Sequence record: SRR31156797_13268
Reading direction: 5' to 3' (one strand)
DNA length: 39,197 bases
In this document: piece after piece, positions 1-10,020 of the stretch
Layout: every line of letters begins with the position of its first letter
Numbering within the stretch: position 1 is the first letter of the stretch
Notes under the pieces: model-generated
Told to the model about the DNA's origin: nothing
Seen by the model: the letters and a program-made list of their open reading frames with translations, nothing else
Database searches by the model: none
Position numbers and translations under genes: made by a program

Positions 1-1320
1 ACTGATGAAGCCTGAGCCGTACCAGATGGGTGCCGGTCCGGTGGCGTAGGGGGTAATGATCCCCATTACCCCGAGGCTGCCCGCCAGCAGAAGCGCCACG
101 ATCGGCATTGTTTCCGGCGGAAGCAGAGGTTGAGCGATGGCCAGAAACAGGGGCATTAAAGCCGTGGTGTGGGCGGTTGTGCTGGCAAAGAAATAGTGCA
201 GAGCGAAAAAGAGAATGACCAGCATGATTGCTACTGTTTCAGGTGGCATGCCTTGCAGGTTGGCGGAGACAAGACTGCCTATCCATTTGAGTACTCCTGC
301 CTTTTTTAATCCGCTGGCCATAGCGACGAGGGTGGCGAACCAGACCAGCACATTCCATGCGCCTTTATTGGTGATAACGTCCTGCCAGTTGATGACATCG
401 GTCAGGACCATCAGCGAGAGTACAAACATGGCGGCTACAGTGCTGTTCACGCCAAGTTCCTTGCCGAATATCCAGAAGATGAGTGCGGTAAGGGCGTAGC
501 CAAGCATCATCAGTTCTTTGGTGCTGACCTTACCCATCTTTATAAGCTCCTCAGTGGCCCATGCCGGAGCTTCCGGTGAATGTTTCTGGGTTGGCGGGTA
601 GATTACATAGGCCAGCCAAGGAGTCAGCAAGAACAGGGGGAGCATGATCGGAATCATGGTCTTGGCCCATTGACCCCATTGGATGTTGATCCCGGTCCCT
701 TGACTGATCAGGTCTACGGCCAGCAGGTTGGGTGCTAATGCCGTCAGGAACATGGAGCTGGTTACGCAGGTTGCGGCAAAGGCCACCCAGGTGAGATATG
801 AGCCGATTTTACGCGGTTCGTTGTCAGGGGTTGAGTTGAACATGGGCGGTATGTTGCTGGCGATGGGGTAGATGGTACCCGCACTTCGGGCCGTGTTGGA
901 TGGCATGAAAGGGGAGAGTACTAAGTCTGAGAAGGCAATGGCATATCCCAAGCCGAGGGTGTTTTTGCCCAGATGTTTGATCAGGATCAGGCTGATGCGT
1001 TTACCCAAGCCGGTTTTTTTATAGCCCATGGCAAACATGAAAGCTGAAAATATAAGCCAGATTACTCCGTTGGAAAAACCGGATAAGGCCCAATTGCGGC
1101 TGGCTTTGGCACTAGGGTCTACCAGTCCCAGCATTGCTACCACCGTTACTCCAACCAGACCTACAAGAGCGGCGGGAACGGGTTCTACTATGAGGCCGAC
1201 TACAACACCGACGAAAATGCTCAGGAAATACCATGCTTCGGGCTGTAGACCTTCCGGGGTGGGGAAGAGAGCCATAACAATTGCAACAATGACAGGGGAA
1301 AACTTTTTGAGTTTATCCAT
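1..1320 (-). CDS. DASS-family (CitT/TtdT-like) di/tricarboxylate anion transporter, 3' end outside the window
   Basis: Not in the ORF track because it runs off the left edge. Manual translation from ATG 1320 (GAGG RBS) gives MDKLKKFSPVIVAIVMALFPTPEGLQPEAWYFLSIFVGVVVGLIVEP..., with DASS motifs PSNTARSAG, FASTTAHT and ITPYATGPAPIWYGSG; highly hydrophobic. Confidence 0.9.
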   Translation of the reverse strand, partial: MDKLKKFSPVIVAIVMALFPTPEGLQPEAWYFLSIFVGVVVGLIVEPVPAALVGLVGVTVVAMLGLVDPSAKASRNWALSGFSNGVIWLIFSAFMFAMGYKKTGLGKRISLILIKHLGKNTLGLGYAIAFSDLVLSPFMPSNTARSAGTIYPIASNIPPMFNSTPDNEPRKIGSYLTWVAFAATCVTSSMFLTALAPNLLAVDLISQGTGINIQWGQWAKTMIPIMLPLFLLTPWLAYVIYPPTQKHSPEAPAWATEELIKMGKVSTKELMMLGYALTALIFWIFGKELGVNSTVAAMFVLSLMVLTDVINWQDVITNKGAWNVLVWFATLVAMASGLKKAGVLKWIGSLVSANLQGMPPETVAIMLVILFFALHYFFASTTAHTTALMPLFLAIAQPLLPPETMPIVALLLAGSLGVMGIITPYATGPAPIWYGSGFIS

Positions 1321-1460
1321 GTGACCTCACAGTAATCTAGGGTTCGCAGGAATATGTTTTCAGAAGCCTGTAACGAGCAAAAATAGTAGTCCCCGTTTGA
1401 AAGAGATGGGGATAGGTTGGTTATTAATGGCATAACTTTGAGGGCTGGGTCAATAAAGCC

Positions 1461-1504
1461 AAAAAAAATCCCGGCAAGCCGATGCGGGCTGCCGGGATTT
1501 TATT
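1461..1504. terminator. Intrinsic terminator downstream of the MCP gene
   Basis: AAAAAAAATCCCGGCAAGCC-GATGC-GGGCTGCCGGGATTTT: GC stem with an A8 tract (U tract on the - strand). Confidence 0.85.
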
Positions 1505-1521
1505 GTTGGATTTGTAAATTA

Positions 1522-3957
1522 TTACGAAGAACGAAGTTCGCTGATCAAGTCGGTCAATTCGCTGGACATGGCAGCCAGCTCCTGAACGGCTTTAGCGGAT
1601 TGCTGTATGCCTTCCGTTGTTTCACGGGTGATGTTGTTGATTTCGCTGATGGCACTGTTGATCTGTTCGGAAGCACTTGATTGCTGCTCCGAAGCAGTAG
1701 CAATCCCTTCCACCTGGTTTGCACTGTACTCAACAGTATTTACGATGGATTCAAGGGAAGAACCGGACTTTGCAGCCAGTTCAGTTGTTTGTTCAACAGC
1801 ACTCACTGCATTTTCTACTTCACGCATATTGGTGCGCATGGCCTGCTGGATGTTTTCAACATTACTGCCCACCTCATGGGTAGCAGTCATTGTTTTTTCC
1901 GCAAGCTTGCGGACTTCATCTGCGACCACTGCGAACCCTCGTCCGGCTTCTCCGGCCCGGGCTGCTTCAATAGCCGCGTTCAGAGCCAGCAGGTTGGTCT
2001 GGTCAGCAATGTCGGAAATTACATCCATGACTGTGCCGATTGACTCCGTCTGTTTGCCAAGATTTTCCATGTTGGAACGCAGATCATCGGCAATGGTGCT
2101 TACTTCTGTGATTGATCGGACCGACTGGGAGACAATTTGTGCTCCTTCTTCAGCTTGTTGCTTGGCTTCCATACTCTTTCCGGAAGCACTGGAAGCATTG
2201 CGGGCTACTTCCATGATGGTGCTATTCATCTGTTCCATGGCGGTAGCAGTCTCGGTTATCCGTTCGTGTTGTATTTCGGAACCGTTGCTGATCTGTTCTA
2301 CCTGAGCAGCCAGTTCTTCACTTGCGGATGAGAGCTGTTCGGAAATGGCTTGCGTGCGCTCGGCCACATCCTGCATTTTACGCTGGGCTTCACGGATCGC
2401 AGTTTGGTCGAGTATTACTTCAATGGCACCGACAACTTCGCCGTCTTTTTCAATGGGTACGCCGAAGTAGTCCATATCCAGTTTACCGTCGGGGGTGGTT
2501 ACCGAGGTGGAACCGTTTTCCGCTTTACGGGAAATAAATGATTTGGCGCAGGCACATCTGGCCGTTCCGCAGTCTGTGGTGTGCAGTGCGGTGGAGCATT
2601 TGTCTTTCTTTAGTTCTTCAAGGGATCGGCCAAGCAGTTTTGTGCCGGGTTTATTCATGAACATAATGTTCATTTCACGGTCAATGGTCATAACCGGCAT
2701 AGGCACGGCATCGATGAAGGACCTCATCACATTCATTGCCAGATTTGTGCGGTTAATGAGCTCTGCAAAGTTGCCTTTAAATTCACTGCTGTCGGCCTGA
2801 CTGTCTATTCGACCTTCTTCGATTCCGGTGATGGCCGTATCTATTTCAGTCATTACATTATTCAGGGTGTTACCGACTTGAGCCATGTCTTTACAGATAA
2901 TCCCGACTTCATCCTTTTGGTCTACATCCATCTTGCTGTCGAAGTTGCCTTTAGCCAGTTCCTGCACAAAGAAGCGGGCTTTAGACAGTGGAACTGTGAT
3001 GCTCCGGGCAATGAAAAAAGCAAGCACAATTCCACCCAATAAAGTCAGAGCGGACATGAAGGTCATATTGTCTACGGCTGCGGCAATAGCTGCCTGCATT
3101 TTCGGGCCAAGCTCTTCCTGCTCTTCCATGATAGAAATCTTAAGTTTAGCAATGTGTTGGGCGGTGAGAGGTCCGAGGGAATCAAGTTTTTGTTTTGCTG
3201 CAACCTGTCCCATGTTGGCTTCGATTATTTTTTTGGTGTGCAGAGCGTATTGCTTGTTGTTGTCAGTAAGTTCGTTCACAAGACCGAGGTCTGCAGGGGA
3301 GTAGAGGACGTTTTGAATTTCGCCGATGCTTTTTGCAAAATTTTGAAGTAGTTCAATGGCCTTTTCGCCGTCAGCCTGTTTTTGGCTTTTATAGACGTAT
3401 AGAGAATTGGCAAGGCTAGCTTCAAATAAGGCAGCCTTGCTTTTTTGCACCATAGCAATCAAAAAGCTGTCTTCCCTCTCGTTGGCACTTTGCAGTAGTG
3501 TTTCCAGTCCTTCTATTAATATTTTCCCATTTTCTGCAGCCTGACTGATTGATTGCTTTTCCCGTTTTTTTTCTGACAGGAATTTATTGAAGGTATTCTG
3601 GTAGGTTGCAACTTCCTGTTTGATCATTTTTATGTGATCGGCACGCTCAGCAGAGGAGATATCTTTTTGGGCTGTTTTAATTAATTCCTGAAGTTTGGAA
3701 ATTTTATTATTATACTCAGCCAGAGCTGTGTCTGAACCGGAATGCATGTAGGCAATTGCGCTCATGCGAGTCAGTAGCAGATTCTCTTGAATGCGTCCTG
3801 CCAGGTTGGTTTGCTTTGCCAGTTCGTAGTATTCTGTAAAACCGTCTGAGCTGTCAGTCAGTTTTAAAATACCTTGTCCCGCAGTGGTCGCAAGCAGAAT
3901 AAGGATCAGCCCGAATCCTGTTGCAATTTTAGTTGTTACTTTTAGGTTTTTAAGCAT
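1522..3957 (-). CDS. Methyl-accepting chemotaxis protein (helical periplasmic sensor, HAMP, cytoplasmic PAS-like domain, MCP signal domain)
   Basis: Two TM segments flank a large helical periplasmic region; signalling hairpin [46 protein letters not shown]. Confidence 0.95.
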   Translation of the reverse strand: MLKNLKVTTKIATGFGLILILLATTAGQGILKLTDSSDGFTEYYELAKQTNLAGRIQENLLLTRMSAIAYMHSGSDTALAEYNNKISKLQELIKTAQKDISSAERADHIKMIKQEVATYQNTFNKFLSEKKREKQSISQAAENGKILIEGLETLLQSANEREDSFLIAMVQKSKAALFEASLANSLYVYKSQKQADGEKAIELLQNFAKSIGEIQNVLYSPADLGLVNELTDNNKQYALHTKKIIEANMGQVAAKQKLDSLGPLTAQHIAKLKISIMEEQEELGPKMQAAIAAAVDNMTFMSALTLLGGIVLAFFIARSITVPLSKARFFVQELAKGNFDSKMDVDQKDEVGIICKDMAQVGNTLNNVMTEIDTAITGIEEGRIDSQADSSEFKGNFAELINRTNLAMNVMRSFIDAVPMPVMTIDREMNIMFMNKPGTKLLGRSLEELKKDKCSTALHTTDCGTARCACAKSFISRKAENGSTSVTTPDGKLDMDYFGVPIEKDGEVVGAIEVILDQTAIREAQRKMQDVAERTQAISEQLSSASEELAAQVEQISNGSEIQHERITETATAMEQMNSTIMEVARNASSASGKSMEAKQQAEEGAQIVSQSVRSITEVSTIADDLRSNMENLGKQTESIGTVMDVISDIADQTNLLALNAAIEAARAGEAGRGFAVVADEVRKLAEKTMTATHEVGSNVENIQQAMRTNMREVENAVSAVEQTTELAAKSGSSLESIVNTVEYSANQVEGIATASEQQSSASEQINSAISEINNITRETTEGIQQSAKAVQELAAMSSELTDLISELRSS

Positions 3958-4104
3958 CGGACATACTCCCCTTTAGTTCTCTGGCTTTTATCTATTTGAA
4001 TTGGTTGTGATAATTAAAGTAAAGGAGGCTATATGTCAATTGAGTTTAACTTTTTAGTATATGTGTTATTGTTATAAAAGTGTAGTATTATTGTTGTGGA
4101 AGGT

Positions 4105-4138
4105 AAAAAAATACCCCGGAACATTGTCCGGGGTATTT
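4105..4138. terminator. Intrinsic terminator after the binding-protein gene
   Basis: AAAAAAATACCCCGGA-ACATTG-TCCGGGGTATTT perfect stem with A/T tracts. Confidence 0.85.
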
Positions 4139-4166
4139 CTCGTAAGTATTGGGCTGCTGAGCTACG

Positions 4167-4913
4167 TTAGTCGCGTATCCCGAATTCCTGTTTGAGTACT
4201 TTGTCTCTAATTTCTTTGAATCGACCATTCTTGTTCATTTTTTCTAAAGCCTTTGTTAATTCTGGAACCAGATCAGAATGCTTTACGTTTAGATAATGGT
4301 ATACTTGGGTTGTTGCGATAGGCTCAGGGAGCATTGTGACGTCGTCAGATTGTGTTTGTTTCAAAGTCATAATTCCGGCAAGACGGGCAATCAGACCCGC
4401 ATCCAATCTGTTAAGACGGATCATCTTTATCAGTTGTTCGTTGGTTTCAAGTTCTTTTACATTTCGGATGTGTTCGGTTGAGACCTTGTTTTCAATAAAA
4501 ACGATACCTCTGAAATACCCAACGCTTAGATAGCGCAAACTTTTCCAAGTCGCTTTTACCTGCGAGTCCTTGCGGGCAAGCACCATCAAATCTACCCGGT
4601 CGATTGGAACGGGAATTTTGATTAGGTTTGGGAATTTTTTATCTATTCCGCTAACCTTGAAGAGTTCCCCGTCTACAGCACCGGAATGGGCTGAATGTGT
4701 TGATCGTAAAAGTGGGTAAGGTTTGAATTTTGTTTCAATTCCCAAGGATGAATATGCTTCGTGCAATATTTCATATACTACTTTTGAGCGTGGGGATTCG
4801 ATCCCAGACAGCACCAGTTTTTCCCCTGCAATGCATGGAGTAGAAAAGAGTACCGCAAGCAAAGTCCATATGAGTGTAGTTAAGTATTTTATTGAATGTC
4901 CATGGCTGGTCAT
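4167..4913 (-). CDS. Periplasmic substrate-binding protein (family 3-like), no cognate permease nearby
   Basis: Signal peptide (…STPCIA|GE); patterns GAVDGE, LIKMIRLNRLDAG, YHYLNVKHSDLVPELTKALEKM typical of orphan SBP_bac_3-like proteins; ATGA overlap with the upstream protease. Confidence 0.75.
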   Translation of the reverse strand: MTSHGHSIKYLTTLIWTLLAVLFSTPCIAGEKLVLSGIESPRSKVVYEILHEAYSSLGIETKFKPYPLLRSTHSAHSGAVDGELFKVSGIDKKFPNLIKIPVPIDRVDLMVLARKDSQVKATWKSLRYLSVGYFRGIVFIENKVSTEHIRNVKELETNEQLIKMIRLNRLDAGLIARLAGIMTLKQTQSDDVTMLPEPIATTQVYHYLNVKHSDLVPELTKALEKMNKNGRFKEIRDKVLKQEFGIRD

Positions 4914-6232
4914 TGCAAGTAACCCCAGCCTATCAGGCGATCATATGCATGCTTTGCATAATCTCCTTGATTGTTGACCTTAAGGAAACGGTAGTACTCA
5001 TTGGCGGCCATGTCCCGGTTACCAAGGGCTTCGTATGAAACTCCTTTGTAAAATGTAGTCATGGGGTTTCCGGGGAGTTTTTTTTCATAGGCATCGAAGT
5101 TGGAAAGGGCCTGCCTGAATTTACGGTTCTCAAGGCTGAGCATCCCGGTCATGTGCAGGGCCTGTGCTTCCTGTGGATACCTGTCCTTGGCCCGTTGGGC
5201 GTAGTGCAATCCCTGTTTGGCCTTGCCCTGTGCCAGTTGGCACTTGGACATGAGAAGCAAACCTGCATAATCGTTGGGTGCGATGCGCAGGGCTTTTGAA
5301 AAGTGGTCTTCGGCTTCATTGTAGCTTTTTTTGCGCATGGCTCCTTCGCCTTTTTGCATTTCCTCAATGGCCGGCTTGATTTTGCGTATGGAGGCGATGT
5401 TGTCCATGTATCGTTCGCGCAGGAGTTTGCCGTGAGTGTTGGCATATATTGTCTCCCGCTTTTTTACGGCGGTTGCGTAGCGCTCTGTACTCATGGGGTG
5501 GGAGGCAAACATCTGTTGCACGAATGAGGGTTTGCTCTTGTGCAGTTTGTTTAGTTCTTCCATAAGCCCGACCATGCCTTCCGGATCGTAGCCCACGTTG
5601 TCCATGTATTCCATGCCGAGGCTGTCGGCCTGCCTCTCATCGGAACGGGAGTAGCTCGCAAGGAGCATTCCGGCCCCGATTCCACCCAGCCCTGCGGCCA
5701 GTGGCACAAGTCGGCTGTCCTGAGTTGCGGCAACTCCAACTCCGACTGCAACGATACCTTGTACGGCAATGGCTGAACTCATGCGTGAGGCCGTGTGGCG
5801 GGCATTAACGTGTCCTATTTCATGACCCATGAGTGCGGCCAGCTCTGCTTCGTTTTCAAGGGTGACCAGAATGCCTCGGGTGCAGGCTATGCTTCCGCCG
5901 GGGAAGGCGTATGCGTTAACGTAGTTGGCATTTACGCAGCGGAAAGAGTAAGGCATATCCGGTCTGTGGCTGCTGGAGGAAAGGGAAACCCCGACTTTAG
6001 TAATATAGTCGCTGACCCGTCTGTCTTGAACTGCCCCGTAATCCGCAGAGAACTGGTGCGGAGAGTTTTGGCGGTCCATTTGAATTTCCTGTTGTTGGGA
6101 AACCAGCATCAATTGCTGCTGCCCTGTCACAGGGTTGATGGCGCATCCGCTCAGGATTCCCAGTGTTCCACCGGCGGTCAGTTTCAGGGCCTGTCTTCTG
6201 GAAATTTTTATTGATTTGCTTTTATTGCCCAT
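4910..6232 (-). CDS. M48-family zinc metalloprotease with C-terminal TPR repeats (BepA/YfgC-like), predicted Tat lipoprotein
   Basis: HEIGH zinc motif, NAYAFPGG, YSRSDERQAD, FASHP; N-terminus SRRQALK plus LSGC lipobox. Start moved to ATG 6232 (GAGGA RBS) from the track's 6289. Confidence 0.9.
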   Translation of the reverse strand: MGNKSKSIKISRRQALKLTAGGTLGILSGCAINPVTGQQQLMLVSQQQEIQMDRQNSPHQFSADYGAVQDRRVSDYITKVGVSLSSSSHRPDMPYSFRCVNANYVNAYAFPGGSIACTRGILVTLENEAELAALMGHEIGHVNARHTASRMSSAIAVQGIVAVGVGVAATQDSRLVPLAAGLGGIGAGMLLASYSRSDERQADSLGMEYMDNVGYDPEGMVGLMEELNKLHKSKPSFVQQMFASHPMSTERYATAVKKRETIYANTHGKLLRERYMDNIASIRKIKPAIEEMQKGEGAMRKKSYNEAEDHFSKALRIAPNDYAGLLLMSKCQLAQGKAKQGLHYAQRAKDRYPQEAQALHMTGMLSLENRKFRQALSNFDAYEKKLPGNPMTTFYKGVSYEALGNRDMAANEYYRFLKVNNQGDYAKHAYDRLIGWGYLQ

Positions 6233-6519
6233 GGTTCCTCCGAAATCTTCGTTATCTATAAAGATATATATGCGTGGTGCCTTTGGCAACTGTTTCCGAT
6301 TGCATTGGCGTGGTGGAATATAATATCTATATGGTGAAATCCATGGTCAGAGATTATAGGTTTAATGATATGCAGCTAAGAAATTTGCGGACAGAGATTA
6401 CCAATTGATTCCATTTGCAGCTTAGATATAGACTTGATGATGGCTGTATGTTTTGTCACTTGCCTAATATTTATGGCGGGTCCTGACTCTCAATTGTTAA
6501 TGCATTATGGAGCTGCAAA

Positions 6520-7212
6520 GTGAATATACCCTTGAAAGGGGAGTCCGCCAGAGAGACCCCTGTTCTTGAATTTAAAAATGTTTCTTTCAACTGGCCGGGA
6601 GGCAAGGGGCTGCGTGATGTCTCCTTTGCCGTGCCTGCGGGGCTGTTTGTGCTTATTTCCGGGCCATCCGGTGCCGGAAAGTCTACCTTGCTGCGTTTGG
6701 CTGTTCGGCTGGAAGAAGCCGGACAGGGGGATATCCTCTTAAAAGGTGAATCCATACAATCCATCTATCCTCCAGAGCTGCGGACCAAGATCGGTTTCGT
6801 ACAGCAGACTCCTACCGTGTTGCCGGGAACTGTGCGCGAAAACCTGCTATTGCCTTTTACCCTCAATATCAGGAAGGACGGGGATATCCCGTCGGATGCT
6901 GAATTACACAAATGGCTGGAACGAGTAGGGCTTGCTGAAGTCTCATTAGACAGTAATGCTTCTGAACTTTCCGTAGGCCAGCGCCAACGTCTCTGCCTGA
7001 TCCGTTCGGTCCTGCCCAAGCCCGTGGCAATCTGTTTTGACGAACCCACCAGCGCCCTTGACCGGGAAAGCCGTGAGCGGGTGGAGGCGATAGCTGAAGA
7101 ACTGGCCGCAGAAGGAATCACTGTGCTCATGGTCAACCACACCAGCTACCATCCCAGTTGTCCTCATATGCACTTGAATGTCTCCGAAGGTAAAGTGGAG
7201 ATCCTATCATGA
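6520..7212 (+). CDS. ABC transporter ATP-binding protein, FetA/YbbL-like
   Basis: Walker A GPSGAGKST, signature LSVGQ, Walker B/D-loop CFDEPTSALD; paired with a UPF0014 permease. Confidence 0.88.
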   Translation: MNIPLKGESARETPVLEFKNVSFNWPGGKGLRDVSFAVPAGLFVLISGPSGAGKSTLLRLAVRLEEAGQGDILLKGESIQSIYPPELRTKIGFVQQTPTVLPGTVRENLLLPFTLNIRKDGDIPSDAELHKWLERVGLAEVSLDSNASELSVGQRQRLCLIRSVLPKPVAICFDEPTSALDRESRERVEAIAEELAAEGITVLMVNHTSYHPSCPHMHLNVSEGKVEILS

Positions 7213-7997
7213 ACAGCGCTTTTATTTCCATAACATGGGTGCAGTTGCTGATAGCCCTGAGTCTTGTTTCCGTTTCCGGGGTTCTCTCTATTTATTACAA
7301 GCTCAAGCTGGAGAAAGATTTGGCAATTGGCGTATTGCGGTCTTTTGTACAGCTCCTGACTATGGGCTATCTGCTCAAGATTTTGTTCGGCTTGAATAGT
7401 GCCGTGTTGGTTATGGCTCTTTATTTGGTTATGACCTTTTTTTCAGTCCATATCATCCATGGCCGGGTCAAGGAGAAAAATGTTTCTTATCTTATGCCCA
7501 CCGGATTGGCTGTTATGTTCAGCTACTCGCTAGTGACTATTCTTGTCACCAAGGTGGTCATCGGTGCCCAGCCGTGGTGGGACCCGCAGTACTTCATCCC
7601 CATCGGAGGGATGGTCGCCGGAAATTCCATGAACTCGTTAGCCCTATCGCTGGAGAGGTTTTTTTCCGAACTTAAGAGTCGCCGGGATGAAGTTGAAATG
7701 TTGCTCTGCCACGGTGCGGATTATAAGGAAGCCACAGCTGAAATTTTTCGCGATGCTTTGCGCGCGGGCATGATCCCGGCTATTAATTCTCTCATGGGCG
7801 TGGGGTTGGTTTTTCTACCCGGTATGATGACCGGTCAGATTTTGGCCGGGGCTGATCCTGAAGAGGCGGTCCGTTATCAGATTGTGGTCATGTTCATGCT
7901 TGTCGCATCCACAGCCCTTTCGTCGATTATTGTTCTGTTACTGGTCCGCAAACGTTGTTTTTCTTCAGCAATGACCCTGTTTACCGGACGGAAGTAG
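7209..7997 (+). CDS. ABC transporter permease, FetB/YbbM (UPF0014) family
   Basis: Motifs RSFVQL, PQYFIPIGGMVAGNSM, GLVFLPGMMTGQILAGADPEEAVRYQI; ATGA overlap with the ATPase. Confidence 0.9.
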   Translation: MNSAFISITWVQLLIALSLVSVSGVLSIYYKLKLEKDLAIGVLRSFVQLLTMGYLLKILFGLNSAVLVMALYLVMTFFSVHIIHGRVKEKNVSYLMPTGLAVMFSYSLVTILVTKVVIGAQPWWDPQYFIPIGGMVAGNSMNSLALSLERFFSELKSRRDEVEMLLCHGADYKEATAEIFRDALRAGMIPAINSLMGVGLVFLPGMMTGQILAGADPEEAVRYQIVVMFMLVASTALSSIIVLLLVRKRCFSSAMTLFTGRK

Positions 7998-8078
7998 GAG
8001 CATCGTTGAAATGTGGTAATTGTTATGGCTGTGGTGTATGTGTATGGCAGCATATAATATCAATTTGAGGGGGAGAAG

Positions 8079-9986
8079 TTGTTTTATTTGAGTGAAATGT
8101 TTCAGGATTTATTTGCCAATAACAGCCTGTGTAAGACATTTATAGAAGATTCCCCTGATGCTATTGTTATTACAGATGTTGATGGTCGTGTCCTGGCCGG
8201 TAATTCCCGTGCTGCGGAATTGTTTGGTTATGTAGATACAAGTTCAATCCCCCTCAACGTAAATGAATGCTACAAGCATTCTGAGGATCGGGGGCGGTTA
8301 ATCGATCTGCTTTCCACAGGTAAAGCTATTCAGGGTTTCGAGGCAGAGGTCTTGGATCGGGATGGCAATTCTTTTTTTGCCAGTATCAGTGTGTCCGTGA
8401 TGAATGTTGGAGGGCTGAGGGTTCTTGTTTCTATTGTCAGGGATATTTCAGAGCGTAAGAAAGCCCAGTTGAATGAGATCAGGTTCGAGACCCTTGCCTC
8501 GCTGGCCGGTATGGCTGACGCTGAGTTTAGCCAGATATATGATTTTGCCTTGGAAGCTGCGGTACGAATCACCAGAAGTGAGATCGGTTATATTTATTTT
8601 GTCAAAGAAGATGAATCGGAACTTCGGCTCTATGCATGGTCACGAAGTGTTATGCCCCAGTGCTCTGTAGAATCCATTCCCGATGTCTACCATGTAAAAG
8701 AAGTAGGAGTCTGGGGGGAGGCAATCAGGCAACGTCGTCCCATGATTCTTAATGATTACGCTGCGTGCGAAGACAAGAAAGGGCTTCCTAAGGGGCATGT
8801 GCAAATCAAGCGGCATATGAATGTTCCACTTTTCGATGATGGCAAGATAGTGCTTCTTGTCGGTGTTGGAAACAAGGAAGATGAATACGACGATGAAGAC
8901 GTGCGTCAGCTGAGCCTGTTGATGGACGGTATGTGGAATATTGTCCGCCGCAAACAGGCGGATGAGGCTTTGCGCTTATCTTATGATGAAATGGAAGCCA
9001 AGGTGGATGAGCGTACCAGGGAGTTGCGGCGTGCTCTTGGTGATTTAAGGCAGGTTAATTCGGCAATGGCAAATGAAGTTGGGCAACGCAGGTTGGCCGA
9101 ACGAAGGTTACTTCAATTTGAGAGGCTTGTTGAGCTTAGCCCGGATATGGTTTCCTTGATCGATTCTGATTATCGTTATGTGATGGTCAATGAGTCGTAT
9201 GTGAAGTTTTTTGATAAACCAAAAGTCTTTTTTCTGGGTAAGCCCGTATATGAAATTACCGGAAGGGAAGTCTTTGAAAGCCACTCCAAGTCTTTAATTG
9301 ATTCTGCGTTTGCGGGTGATATTACCGGTTTTGAGGCATGGGTGGATTTGCCTCTGGTTGGAAAGCGTTTTTTCTCAGTGACTTATCATCCTGTTGATTC
9401 GGTTGTTGGCGATGACAGACTAGTCAGTATCACCGCTCATGACATTACGGAACAAAAAGAAATGCTTGAAGAAGTTAAGCGGTTGGCCAGTACGGATTAC
9501 TTAACTGGAGCACATAACAGGCGTCACTTCATGGACCGGGCAGAAACCGAGCTGGATCGACTGACTCGTTATGGCGGTGAGCTTTACCTCATGATGCTGG
9601 ATATCGATCACTTCAAGAATGTCAACGATACCTACGGACATAGCGTGGGAGATGTGGTTCTCAAGGAATTGGTCAAGTGTTGCACTGCCACCTTGCGTAC
9701 ATCAGATGTGTTCGGGCGGCTTGGCGGTGAAGAATTTGCGGCCTTGCTGGTTCACGGCAGTGTGGAGTCAGCCATTCAGGTGGCTGAGAGATTACGTAAG
9801 GCTATTGAAAGTATGGAAGTTCGTTGCGGAGAACATGTTGTCAAATTTACGGTGAGTATCGGCCTTACTATGGTCTGCGCTAATGAAGATATTGAAGTTG
9901 CCCTGAAACATGCAGACAAATGTCTGTATCAGGCCAAAGAGCAAGGCAGGAACCAAGTGGTTTCGTACTGTATGAAGGAAGATTAA
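8079..9986 (+). CDS. Cytoplasmic PAS-GAF-PAS diguanylate cyclase
   Basis: PAS ends (VRDISERK, AHDITEQK), GAF (VGVGNKEDEY), DIDHFKNVND, I-site RTSD and GGEEF active site; start TTG 8079 (or ATG 8097). Confidence 0.92.
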   Translation: MFYLSEMFQDLFANNSLCKTFIEDSPDAIVITDVDGRVLAGNSRAAELFGYVDTSSIPLNVNECYKHSEDRGRLIDLLSTGKAIQGFEAEVLDRDGNSFFASISVSVMNVGGLRVLVSIVRDISERKKAQLNEIRFETLASLAGMADAEFSQIYDFALEAAVRITRSEIGYIYFVKEDESELRLYAWSRSVMPQCSVESIPDVYHVKEVGVWGEAIRQRRPMILNDYAACEDKKGLPKGHVQIKRHMNVPLFDDGKIVLLVGVGNKEDEYDDEDVRQLSLLMDGMWNIVRRKQADEALRLSYDEMEAKVDERTRELRRALGDLRQVNSAMANEVGQRRLAERRLLQFERLVELSPDMVSLIDSDYRYVMVNESYVKFFDKPKVFFLGKPVYEITGREVFESHSKSLIDSAFAGDITGFEAWVDLPLVGKRFFSVTYHPVDSVVGDDRLVSITAHDITEQKEMLEEVKRLASTDYLTGAHNRRHFMDRAETELDRLTRYGGELYLMMLDIDHFKNVNDTYGHSVGDVVLKELVKCCTATLRTSDVFGRLGGEEFAALLVHGSVESAIQVAERLRKAIESMEVRCGEHVVKFTVSIGLTMVCANEDIEVALKHADKCLYQAKEQGRNQVVSYCMKED

Positions 9987-10018
9987 AAGGCCGGTGCGTG
10001 AGAACGCACCGGCCTTTT
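9985..10018. terminator. Bidirectional terminator between convergent DGC and MCP genes
   Basis: AAAAGGCCGGTGCGT-GAGA-ACGCACCGGCCTTTT perfect inverted repeat. Confidence 0.9.
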
Positions 10019-10020
10019 GT

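Noticed and set aside
215-1433. Track ORFs 215..499, 1028..1324 and 1221..1433
   Set aside because: Antisense or out-of-frame shadows of the DASS transporter (1..1320, -), which the track missed because it is truncated.
1905-2010. Near-identical sequence recurring near 10410-10510 and 29255-29370
   Set aside because: Conserved MCP signalling hairpin in three paralogues, not a mobile or regulatory repeat.
1607-3351. Long + strand ORFs opposite the MCP (likewise 10250-11890 and 28866-29628)
   Set aside because: Antisense shadows produced by codon bias; no RBS or recognisable domain.
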